Below, piece by piece: positions 54,730 to 62,918 of a stretch of 64,000 bases of DNA (the first letter of the stretch is position 1; the number at the start of each line of letters is the position of its first letter). Under the pieces are notes generated by a model, which ran no database searches, had not been told where the DNA came from, and saw only the letters and a list, made by a program, of their open reading frames with translations. This DNA is from a virus. The position numbers and the translations under genes are program-made. Location of the stretch: positions 32,881-96,880 of the IMG/VR virus record IMGVR_UViG_3300037483_000361. One strand, 5' to 3'.

Positions 54730-54966
54730 CTATTGCCTAGGACGATTACCGTCCCATGCATTAATTGTTTCAAGTGGGCGATACCACTCTGCTGGATCGG
54801 GAAGTTCATCTTTCCCGTTCGGGCCTTCAGGTTCGTGGCCCGTAAATGCTATGTTCCAGGCTTGACGCAGCTCTTGCCACTCAGGATGATCGTCACAATA
54901 CTTGCATTCGCCTGGAGCGTGAAGAACTCGTGGATCACAATGCGGAAATTGTTGTATTACATTCAC
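54730..54966 (-). CDS. hypothetical protein
   Basis: FPHCD.RVLHAPGEC.YCD. Confidence 0.6.
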   Translation of the reverse strand: MNVIQQFPHCDPRVLHAPGECKYCDDHPEWQELRQAWNIAFTGHEPEGPNGKDELPDPAEWYRPLETINAWDGNRPRQ

Positions 54967-54985
54967 ACGTACAACCTTTGAAAAA

Positions 54986-55060
54986 TACCCCCGGTGGGAT
55001 TCGAACCCACACTGAAATGATCTTAAGTCATTTGCCTCCTGCCAGTTGGGCTACGAGGGC
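54986..55060 (-). tRNA. tRNA-Leu(TAA), short variable loop
   Basis: loop CTTAAGA. Confidence 0.88.
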
Positions 55061-55065
55061 ATATA

Positions 55066-55198
55066 AGCCGAGTGGATTCGCCTTTGTTCTCCACTATCAG
55101 TCACCGTCCGCTGAGGCTGGTACAAGCTCCACGAAGTCTTGGTTTGTTAACCAACCGCCGGATTCGTGATCGTGCGACGGACTGCCGTTTTGTCGGCC
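55066..55198 (-). ncRNA. unnamed stem-closed RNA
   Basis: GGCCGA/TCGGCT termini, nested helices. Confidence 0.35.
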
Positions 55199-55207
55199 CA
55201 CATGAAG

Positions 55208-55288
55208 TGTCACAGGAGGGATTCGAACCCTCATATCCGAAGATACTAGTTCTTGAGACTAGCGCGTAAGCCGTTCCGCCACTGTGAC
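55208..55288 (-). tRNA. tRNA-Leu(CAA), long variable arm
   Basis: loop CTCAAGA. Confidence 0.9.
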
Positions 55289-55291
55289 CAG

Positions 55292-55669
55292 ATTGAGGGG
55301 AGTGTTACAGAAAGTTGTCCGATTCAAGGTCGGCAAAGGCTATAAGGATTCGTGATAACATCGGAGTCAGAGGGACTAACTCATTCTCCTTGAGTAAGGT
55401 GCCGGTAGCACACCCACCAAATTATCACTCTATCGCTGTCAATCCTACGTATGTCAAGTAAAAGTAGTCAACTCTACTCAACAGGAACGTTCGCCACTCA
55501 CTATTGGCCAAGGATCATCATCCTCGGACTGTACCACGCTAACTGCATACACAGATACAACCAGTTTTGTCTTGTTAGCTCCGTGGTTATGCTCACCACG
55601 TCCTGCCCTACGAATGCTACCTTCAAGTACTACTTCATTATATCAACTAATACATTAACTAATCTCAAT
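55292..55669 (-). ncRNA. ~380-nt ornate pseudoknotted RNA (ROOL-like candidate)
   Basis: long-range pairs AAGTAGT/ACTACTT, GGTAGCA/TGCTACC, GTGATAA/TTATCAC, AGGATT/AATCCT. Confidence 0.5.
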
Positions 55670-55756
55670 TGTAATATTGGCGTCGTTTATCCTCCCGCTA
55701 CAGAGCAAGCATTTGTGAGCTGCCAAAACTCAACTGCGGTACCCGATTCCCCCCAA

Positions 55757-55769
55757 TTTTCAAAGAACA
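55757..55769 (-). promoter_or_regulatory. boxA-like element
   Basis: TGTTCTTTGAAAA. Confidence 0.5.
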
Positions 55770-55843
55770 TACCCGCTGAGGGATTCGAACCCCCGGTCTT
55801 CTGGATGTAAACCAGACATGTTTGACCACTACACCAAGCGGGC
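55770..55843 (-). tRNA. tRNA-Val(TAC)
   Basis: loop TTTACAT. Confidence 0.9.
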
Positions 55844-55848
55844 GTACA

Positions 55849-55953
55849 GTGATGTTGGCAGTGGAGCGCTGAGTTTCTCTGGACTCATCCACATTTGCGG
55901 CTCGGTCGTCACTACCAGAGAGTGTCAACCTACTAGGCTTAACTCAACATCAC
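55849..55953 (-). ncRNA. unnamed stem-closed RNA
   Basis: GTGATGTTG/CAACATCAC termini. Confidence 0.4.
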
Positions 55954-55959
55954 ATGCGC

Positions 55960-56133
55960 TTACTTCTCTTCGAAGGACTTGATCCATGTGAGAAGCCAAT
56001 GCGATGCTTCTTCGTGGGAACATTCCATGTCTCGTTCAAGATAGGGAACGGCGCCCCACATATTCGTGACGCCGCTTTTTCTCAAGGATTCGAGATACCT
56101 GAACACATCGTCTTGATTGAGTTTCAATTTCAT
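55960..56133 (-). CDS. conserved small phage protein
   Basis: YLESLRKSGVTNMWGA.PYL. Confidence 0.65.
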   Translation of the reverse strand: MKLKLNQDDVFRYLESLRKSGVTNMWGAVPYLERDMECSHEEASHWLLTWIKSFEEK

Positions 56134-56147
56134 GGCGAGCTCCCAAG

Positions 56148-56220
56148 TCTCCCCGGCGAGATTCGAACTCACAAATCAAGGATAGAAGCCTTGCAGTTTG
56201 TCCAGTTAGCCTACGGAGAG
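56148..56220 (-). tRNA. tRNA-Arg(TCT)
   Basis: loop CTTCTAT. Confidence 0.88.
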
Positions 56221-56448
56221 AGAAATTACCACTCTACTTCTTTCCAAAACATCCAAAAACAAATCATGGTCCACAAACCCATCTCCCAATGGCCAGTTAG
56301 AAAAAATCCAACCATAAGAACTGCATTGGGCGGGCCGGGCACCGTAAAGTCAAAAGCTCTCCGATATTTATTCATGTTTGAGGCGGTTCTAAGACGCGCC
56401 CGGCGAAGATAATTTGCGAGTAGCCCTGACTAGAAAGTGCCCAACCCA

Positions 56449-56622
56449 TTACATCTTCTCGAAGGTGTCGAAATTGAGTTCGTCCAGTTCATCCACTTCC
56501 AATGTGTGAATGACCCTTCGAATTGTAGATCGTGTTGGACGACTCTTCTTCACAGTCTTATCGGCCTGTTGCTCATCCCGTTCTTTGCGGGGGAGCGGCC
56601 GATCCTTCAATGTCTTGCTCAT
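56449..56622 (-). CDS. 57-aa hypothetical protein
   Basis: AAGGG SD, first ORF after promoter. Confidence 0.5.
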   Translation of the reverse strand: MSKTLKDRPLPRKERDEQQADKTVKKSRPTRSTIRRVIHTLEVDELDELNFDTFEKM

Positions 56623-56672
56623 ACCCTTCTCTACGTTGAGATTGCGGTTGCCTGCGCCGGCCTCACACTATA

Positions 56673-56701
56673 AGTATACTACTTTGTTGAGAAGTTGTCA
56701 A
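56673..56701 (-). promoter_or_regulatory. sigma70-type promoter at head of RNA island
   Basis: TTGACA-17-TATACT. Confidence 0.8.
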
Positions 56702-56751
56702 GCGGTATTTTGCTCGTCTAACTTCATACATGACACAATAGTAGAAAGTGT

Positions 56752-57522
56752 TTATATATCTACCAGTGCGGCGCGGAGCAAGTGCAGCATGATCCCTTCT
56801 GCTTTTTGAGTATTCGGTTCCGCAGGAAGTGGTGATCGTTCCTTGGCCGATTCCATACGAGCTCGGAGACGTTCTGCCTCGGCCTTGACCTGCTCAAGCG
56901 TCCACTTGCCCTGCTTGACGGCGAGCAACTCGTCTGCGTCAGGTCTGAGCACGGCCATCACACCGGTCTCCACGAACTCCGTACCCATGCGATACAGGCG
57001 GAGTAGGTGAGACGCGTTCTTCGTGTCGTACCCGAACTGCGTGACGAGCTTGCGGCGCTTCTCGCCCATGTACCCACTGGTCACGTTGAGCGTCATGCGT
57101 CGCAACTGGTCGTAGGCGTAACCCGAGAACGAATGGTACGCCCGAAGAGACGAAAAAATATCACGGTTGTTCTTAAGTTGCGTAAACGCAGGCGTCGTCA
57201 GCTCTGGATCATAATCCTCATCCCGATACCACAACGTTTCCAGTACGCTAGGGTTGTTTTTGAGGAGTAGCCCAACATACTTGCGAAGTGAGTAGACCAC
57301 TACGTCTACGGCGTCATCCTGAAACGTCCAGTTATCGAACGTGCTCAGTCCGAGCAACTTCTCAATCGGCGGAATGACCACGACAAAAAAGTCATCATCG
57401 CTGACGCTCGTGGCCGTTCCATACACCCGCGACCCGCGCCGGCAGGCCATGATGGCCGAACGCTCAAGGTCAAACCCCAACCGGTCATTAAACATAGCAA
57501 TAACATGATTTGGAAATTTCAT
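56752..57522 (-). CDS. Pol-beta-superfamily nucleotidyltransferase (RlaP/YcgL-like)
   Basis: RGSRVYGT...SDDD, LLKNNPSVLE, YDTKNASHLLRL. Confidence 0.8.
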   Translation of the reverse strand: MKFPNHVIAMFNDRLGFDLERSAIMACRRGSRVYGTATSVSDDDFFVVVIPPIEKLLGLSTFDNWTFQDDAVDVVVYSLRKYVGLLLKNNPSVLETLWYRDEDYDPELTTPAFTQLKNNRDIFSSLRAYHSFSGYAYDQLRRMTLNVTSGYMGEKRRKLVTQFGYDTKNASHLLRLYRMGTEFVETGVMAVLRPDADELLAVKQGKWTLEQVKAEAERLRARMESAKERSPLPAEPNTQKAEGIMLHLLRAALVDI

Positions 57523-58172
57523 TGTAGTGTCCACGGGTCTAATCCTGCTGTTTGAGGGCGGGGCGTCCATGCATCAAAGACTTTTTGTAAGTCTCTCACA
57601 GCTTTTTTGTAGGGCATGATGTTCAGTCCCCATTGTGCAAGTAAATTGGGGGATTCAAGTAAATACGCATGTGCTTCATCTACCCATGTCACTGCTCCGT
57701 ATGCGTATTTCTCTAAAATCTGAAAGATGGGAAGTAATGGACACTTTCCCAAAATGGATAGTACTTCGGCTTCGTAATCGTGCTCTGTCCCGAATAATGC
57801 ATGTGCCAATTCATGCTTCAGTGTGCGAAGATTCCCATTGACTGTTGCAACGAGATATCCTTCATAAGGAACATGATTGGTTACCTGAAGCAATGTGCGT
57901 TCACTCTTGGTGAGTGGATTGAATCGCCCCGCTGCGAATGGTACCATAATGCGTGCAGGAATGTTATACCCCTCCCAATCTCGATAGTAGGTGAACGCAC
58001 CATAGGTCTTGCGATACCATGCAGCATACTGACGAATGCTAAACACTTGACCGACAAACCGAGGGCTTTCATAATATTCTTGAAACCGGCAAAACATTTT
58101 TCCCATTTCGATTTCTGAGTTAAAATCAATCCACGAAATTTTTGGCGTCACGTTTATCAGTTTGAATGCCAT
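57519..58172 (-). CDS. HExxH hypothetical protein
   Basis: RFQEYYESP, LKHELAHA. Confidence 0.6.
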   Translation of the reverse strand: MAFKLINVTPKISWIDFNSEIEMGKMFCRFQEYYESPRFVGQVFSIRQYAAWYRKTYGAFTYYRDWEGYNIPARIMVPFAAGRFNPLTKSERTLLQVTNHVPYEGYLVATVNGNLRTLKHELAHALFGTEHDYEAEVLSILGKCPLLPIFQILEKYAYGAVTWVDEAHAYLLESPNLLAQWGLNIMPYKKAVRDLQKVFDAWTPRPQTAGLDPWTLQ

Positions 58173-58566
58173 TAATTAATTCCTTAAGTTCGGTTACGGC
58201 CGTTGCCAATGCATCTCGGGCAGTCGGCCCTTCTGGTTCAATTTTCTGGATGATATGTAATGCCATCGCGACGCCTTCTACCTGACGTATTCGTGAACGT
58301 TCTCGCATGTGTCGCAACTCCTTAAACGTACCGTCGAGACGCTTGCGTTGATATTCGATTTCTTGGAACATTTCGGTCACGCACAAAATGATCTCTAAGA
58401 ACAGCTCGGCGTAGAGCCGTTCTTTCAGAACGGAAGAATCGGATGATGTGAGGGTGAAGTGATGACCGTCAGGATCGATTAAGTTGATTCCGTCTTGTAG
58501 GTGCCATTCGCCTTTGGGAACCAATCGTAATAATTCTTGAAGTCTACTGAAGCTTGGAATAGACAT
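58126..58566 (-). CDS. hypothetical protein
   Basis: ORF. Confidence 0.55.
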   Translation of the reverse strand: MSIPSFSRLQELLRLVPKGEWHLQDGINLIDPDGHHFTLTSSDSSVLKERLYAELFLEIILCVTEMFQEIEYQRKRLDGTFKELRHMRERSRIRQVEGVAMALHIIQKIEPEGPTARDALATAVTELKELINGIQTDKRDAKNFVD

Positions 58567-58728
58567 GAGCAGCTTTTCTTTTTGCTACTTTTTCTTTGTA
58601 AGAAAAGAATGTAGGCACAACATATCTATCTGTGGGCCCAATGTAACACAGATGCTTTTCTTATTTCGCATGCGAACCTGCTTGTTAATATGTAGTAGGT
58701 ATCCGAAAATCGTGAAATTCGTAAAATA

Positions 58729-59151
58729 CTATTCTACTTTTAGACCGTTGCTAGCGTCTCGGGTTGGAATTCCAGCCTTCTTGAGCCGGTTTACCATATC
58801 CCGCGTTCCCTTGCTGTTGGTCAAGTCATGATGAAAGAAAAGAGCCAAGTCGATATCCGGGTTCTCATTCAACATTTTTTGATTACGAATGACGCCTGCG
58901 GGCCTACCAACCATTTCCTTACAGCTCTTTGGACACTGTTCAGTATGCCGCCAATGCGCGGGATACGGCTTTACTACCATTCCAATTCTCTCAGCCACTT
59001 CAGCTGCCATGCAATCGGCGCCACGGGCGGCGCCATGGATGATAGTGATTTTTGAAGGATCGATTTCGAACTCTTTCAATACGTCAAGTAAAGCATCAAT
59101 GACGGACTGATAATCGTTCCACTCTCTATCGCCCGTGATCAAGAGTTTCAT
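58729..59151 (-). CDS. SLOG/YspA-like (DUF2493) protein
   Basis: ITGDR, IIHGAARGAD, AG.IRNQKM, SKGTRDM. Confidence 0.8.
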   Translation of the reverse strand: MKLLITGDREWNDYQSVIDALLDVLKEFEIDPSKITIIHGAARGADCMAAEVAERIGMVVKPYPAHWRHTEQCPKSCKEMVGRPAGVIRNQKMLNENPDIDLALFFHHDLTNSKGTRDMVNRLKKAGIPTRDASNGLKVE

Positions 59152-59156
59152 TTGTC

Positions 59157-59426
59157 TTAATCCTGATAAGGCGGCTTTTTCATTTCCTTGAAGATCGACC
59201 GATGATCCGCGTCAACAATGAGCGAGTCTTTGGAACGATCCACATATGCATGATCTGTTTTCTTTCCTCGCGTCATGCCGCGCTTTTTCATTTCCTCACT
59301 CATGTTATCAAGCGATGCCTGTCGATTCTTGCGAGCGAGCGCCTCAATTTGTTTAGGATTCAGGTCTTTGAATGTTTTTCCAGTCATAGAATTTGATTGC
59401 TTGGGATAGGGTTTAGTGCGCGACAA
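59157..59426 (-). CDS. hypothetical protein
   Basis: ORF. Confidence 0.5.
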   Translation of the reverse strand: MSRTKPYPKQSNSMTGKTFKDLNPKQIEALARKNRQASLDNMSEEMKKRGMTRGKKTDHAYVDRSKDSLIVDADHRSIFKEMKKPPYQD

Positions 59427-59980
59427 AATTCGTCCAAATATGCTAAGTAATCTTGTACATACACATGCTCTGGTAGAACGAGAATGAATGGAACATCTCT
59501 TGCTGCTTGGATAGAGGGAAGTTGAAATACGTAATACTCCTCACTGAAAAGATACCGGCCGAATTCTATCATTTCGCTCGCGGGAGCGGTTGGATCATAG
59601 AGAACATCTGCTACATCGTAAATCACTTTCTTAGTCGTGCGAATCATGGAACATTCAGATCGAGTGAGCATGATCCGTGGCCACGGCCGTGGGATAGAGC
59701 ACTTGATTGGTACCAATATCTCTGCACCCTGCGGAACGATATATCGCTTGGAAAATGGTTTTCTCGCACCTAGATCATATCCCAGCGCGGCAAGATGATG
59801 CGTCAATTCTTCTATGCGAGCGATCACTTCTACCTCGTGACGATATGGTGCTGCAGGAGGACAAGCTGCTGGGAGCGGGGGCGCATTAGGAACCGACACT
59901 ACAGAACCCCGCCTATCCAATTGTTCTTGAATCGTTTTGGATATGAAATCGAATTCGTTTGAGTCGTTTGAGATTGACAT
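59384..59980 (-). CDS. hypothetical protein
   Basis: coupled ORF. Confidence 0.55.
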   Translation of the reverse strand: MSISNDSNEFDFISKTIQEQLDRRGSVVSVPNAPPLPAACPPAAPYRHEVEVIARIEELTHHLAALGYDLGARKPFSKRYIVPQGAEILVPIKCSIPRPWPRIMLTRSECSMIRTTKKVIYDVADVLYDPTAPASEMIEFGRYLFSEEYYVFQLPSIQAARDVPFILVLPEHVYVQDYLAYLDEFCRALNPIPSNQIL

Positions 59981-60288
59981 TAAATGAGCTTACCATTTTT
60001 ATGTGTAATCGGGGGCTGATTACTGCTATGTGCATGAGCGCCAGGACCGGAAGCAACGCCGGTAATGGCAGAGTTTGGCTGGTGGGCGGGGATAACTACG
60101 ACTGTATAATGTGTGAGTGCTTTGAAGAGCACATTGGCAAATGCCGTGGCCATCGTTATGCGTTCCACTTGTTTCTGTTGCGTGTTCACATCTTTGTCGA
60201 AATTGAGTCCGAGATTTCCCGCAAGTGAACGATCTGCACTTTCCAATGCGTCGTAGAATTCCTGGGCGAGAATGCGTGCGTCAAGCAT
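59980..60288 (-). CDS. hypothetical protein
   Basis: coupled ORF. Confidence 0.5.
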   Translation of the reverse strand: MLDARILAQEFYDALESADRSLAGNLGLNFDKDVNTQQKQVERITMATAFANVLFKALTHYTVVVIPAHQPNSAITGVASGPGAHAHSSNQPPITHKNGKLI

Positions 60289-60289
60289 A

Positions 60290-60763
60290 TTACTTCTCTT
60301 TCTTCCACTCATCGCCAGGGAGGTCCGGTATATCATCGTCATCGTCATTCTCGTCGTCATCGTCTTTGATATTTTTTTCGAATGCTTGACGCAACTTGTC
60401 GATGTCCTCTTCCTTCGCGACGCGATACCGTGGGTCTTGTGAGATTTTATGCATCAGTTCTTCAAATGTGTCAGCTACATGTCGGCCATCTTCGGTGACA
60501 AATTTACCTTCCTTCTGAATGATGCCCGTTGCGCCAATGATTGAGGCGTCCTGTGGACCGGGCGCGCCCTCCGAGGTGATCGTTTGGAAAATTGCGGTGA
60601 GCAGACGTTCCACAAAGATACCACGAGCCGCCATGATCTTTACTAGCACTTCCGTCGAACTTATGGACTTGTAAAGAAAGAATACAAGCGTGAGAAGCAC
60701 CAGTATTGCGACCAGCGTGGTAAACAATGCTCCTATTGCGATGGCGAGAATGAAGAGTTCCAT
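60290..60763 (-). CDS. membrane-anchored protein with acidic tail
   Basis: N-terminal TM, GAGG SD. Confidence 0.6.
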   Translation of the reverse strand: MELFILAIAIGALFTTLVAILVLLTLVFFLYKSISSTEVLVKIMAARGIFVERLLTAIFQTITSEGAPGPQDASIIGATGIIQKEGKFVTEDGRHVADTFEELMHKISQDPRYRVAKEEDIDKLRQAFEKNIKDDDDENDDDDDIPDLPGDEWKKEK

Positions 60764-60778
60764 TATAACCTCGTTATT

Positions 60779-61114
60779 TTAGCCAATTCCAAACCCAAAT
60801 GCACGAGCGTACATAGCAGGAACGGGCATTTCAACATACGTTTCCAATTCAGCATTCCACTTGAACCACCAACGATCTCGTATTGTTTGTTCAGTTTCAG
60901 GATACAACATATCCAGCGTCACCCTTTCGACTACTGCGTAAAGATTGTATCCTCGCTCGGCAAGGTCCATATCATTGTGTTTGACAGCTTGAACGGCACG
61001 CTCAAGACTTGTGAAAACGCCGGGCGTGCGGGTATAATACGGTTGATCTGGATCAGAGTCGTTAAAGACCGTAACCGTATAGATAAACTTATCTTCGGTC
61101 ATTTTGCTGCTCAA
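60779..61114 (-). CDS. hypothetical protein
   Basis: ORF. Confidence 0.55.
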   Translation of the reverse strand: MSSKMTEDKFIYTVTVFNDSDPDQPYYTRTPGVFTSLERAVQAVKHNDMDLAERGYNLYAVVERVTLDMLYPETEQTIRDRWWFKWNAELETYVEMPVPAMYARAFGFGIG

Positions 61115-61277
61115 TGGTGAGCCCTTTGATTTCTTCTTGAAGTAGCTGACTAATCTCTACTGCGATGCGTTCAGCTTCCATTTCGGTCAGTTGATGCATC
61201 GAGTCGGGGTCTTGCGCTATCTCTTTTGCAAGATGCGGGCTACTCATTTGGAGCCTGCGGAACAGATCGTTTTTCAT
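61089..61277 (-). CDS. hypothetical protein
   Basis: ORF. Confidence 0.5.
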   Translation of the reverse strand: MKNDLFRRLQMSSPHLAKEIAQDPDSMHQLTEMEAERIAVEISQLLQEEIKGLTIEQQNDRR

Positions 61278-61485
61278 AAGCAGCGTCTCCGTTGTAAGTG
61301 TCCTTGACGTATTGACGCACCCATTGGAGCCACATGTCTTGGTTGTAAGACTTGAATTTCTTGGCGTGTTGGGGTGCCACTTTTATTACTACTGACTCGC
61401 CCGTGATCCGTGCCTGAAAGTCGATGCCGTCAAGCCAAGGATCAACCTCAGACCCGTGGATAATGCAGACCGTGGGTTTGGTCAT
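61240..61485 (-). CDS. hypothetical protein
   Basis: SD. Confidence 0.55.
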   Translation of the reverse strand: MTKPTVCIIHGSEVDPWLDGIDFQARITGESVVIKVAPQHAKKFKSYNQDMWLQWVRQYVKDTYNGDAAYEKRSVPQAPNE

Positions 61486-61516
61486 ATTCCTCTATCTCCT
61501 ATAAGTAGTTTCGTTC

Positions 61517-61699
61517 TTAGAATGGAAGATCGATGTCAGCTTCATCAGACGGTGCCAGTTGAAAAAGTTTTTCAACTTCTGACGTTACATCTCCCAAAGT
61601 ACTGACACTGAGCTTGATAGCTTCGGCCCGAGACGCACCTGCTGCCATCAACCGCATGGCGCCTGCGTGAATGAGTTGTATCATTTCATCTTGTGTCAT
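61517..61699 (-). CDS. hypothetical protein ending DLPF
   Basis: SSB-like acidic tail. Confidence 0.55.
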   Translation of the reverse strand: MTQDEMIQLIHAGAMRLMAAGASRAEAIKLSVSTLGDVTSEVEKLFQLAPSDEADIDLPF

Positions 61700-61708
61700 A
61701 TTTCCTTC

Positions 61709-62170
61709 TTATGTGTGCGTTCTGCCGTTCGCGGCCGCAGTCATATGCTTACACTCTTGCCGACGAAACCGATGTGCGGGACACGAACATGATATAGGAA
61801 CATTGTATTCATTAAGTGTGACCGTATACACATTGGATTTGGAACCGTGAATCAGAGCCGTCTTGACTGATTTGTCGGTATTCGCCTCGACGACATGAAC
61901 CTCTCCGGCATACAAGTAATGAACTTCACTGGCCATTGAACCCTTGGTCCATAGTCCATTCACGTCAAACTTCCACGGGAGGTTCACACGATTCGATGAT
62001 GGAATTCCTTCTTTGTGATGCTCACTAAGGGGAGAAGCCAACAGGCGCTCTTTGGGAAGATCGATGGTGCGTTGCATCACAACAGCATCCAATGAACCAT
62101 AGAGCCTACCCGTGACTTTGTTTCCACGTTGAAGGAACACTTGTTGCCCCTTCAAAATACGATATGGCAT
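61709..62170 (-). CDS. SWIM Zn-finger protein
   Basis: YTV..CSCP..FR..CKH. Confidence 0.7.
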   Translation of the reverse strand: MPYRILKGQQVFLQRGNKVTGRLYGSLDAVVMQRTIDLPKERLLASPLSEHHKEGIPSSNRVNLPWKFDVNGLWTKGSMASEVHYLYAGEVHVVEANTDKSVKTALIHGSKSNVYTVTLNEYNVPISCSCPAHRFRRQECKHMTAAANGRTHT

Positions 62171-62172
62171 AT

Positions 62173-62499
62173 CTACCTCACCCTCAGTTCCTTCTTGAAC
62201 TCGTCGATGTGACGGCACTGCCGGCGGTAGATGTAGCCGTGACACGTGCAAGTATGGTGTCCGTCCGTACGGACAGTGACCGTGTAGGTATCAGAGCCCT
62301 TCGAGCTCCGAACCTTCCGAGTATACGACTCGAGCGGTTGGGGCTTGCGCCTGACTGGCGGTGTCCACACCACGTCAGTAAGGACCGTGCCTCGCGGAAC
62401 AGCAACCCACGAACGCCCAGAGATTGCATAGAGCTGACCACTGAGTTCTGCAAGAACAGGCGGATACGGTCCCTTAATACTAACCGATTGCGGCAGCAT
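62173..62499 (-). CDS. SWIM Zn-finger protein
   Basis: YTV..CTC.GY.YR..CRH. Confidence 0.7.
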   Translation of the reverse strand: MLPQSVSIKGPYPPVLAELSGQLYAISGRSWVAVPRGTVLTDVVWTPPVRRKPQPLESYTRKVRSSKGSDTYTVTVRTDGHHTCTCHGYIYRRQCRHIDEFKKELRVR

Positions 62500-62779
62500 T
62501 GTCAACCCCCGTAAGAACTTCAAGTGCATTGCGATGAATGTCACTCGGCCGCACAGGCGGTTCCCACTCATCCTCACTCAGACCCGCACCACGTTCGATT
62601 GCTCTCGCAAGTGTGCTGGCAAGGTTGGGACATCCACGGAGACTGCACACCCGTTTACCCATAAACTCCGCCTTCGCGTGCATGCCACCGCAGTTGCACG
62701 GCGCATCCAATGCTTCTTGGATTTGCTTGATGAATCGTGCATCATGCATGGTCAACCTCCCCGTGCGGCATCTGTTCAA
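62480..62779 (-). CDS. hypothetical protein
   Basis: ORF. Confidence 0.45.
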   Translation of the reverse strand: MNRCRTGRLTMHDARFIKQIQEALDAPCNCGGMHAKAEFMGKRVCSLRGCPNLASTLARAIERGAGLSEDEWEPPVRPSDIHRNALEVLTGVDNAAAIG

Positions 62780-62918
62780 TCACTTTATCGGGGCTAATCC
62801 AGAACTGATGACCGCTGATCGTTTCCACGGTCAAGTCGCCACCATTGCGCTTGTCGATTGCCACTATCATCACAAGCTCGTTAGTATGCTTGACCCAAAC
62901 ACTCTGGCCGCATTTCAT
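62742..62918 (-). CDS. small hypothetical protein
   Basis: ATGA-coupled ORF MKCGQSV.. Confidence 0.45.
   Translation of the reverse strand: MKCGQSVWVKHTNELVMIVAIDKRNGGDLTVETISGHQFWISPDKVIEQMPHGEVDHA

Noticed and set aside
28600-56300. CRISPR array suggested by recurring GGATTCGAACC-like words
   Set aside because: These are reverse-complement tRNA T arms. There is no constant repeat-spacer period and no cas gene.
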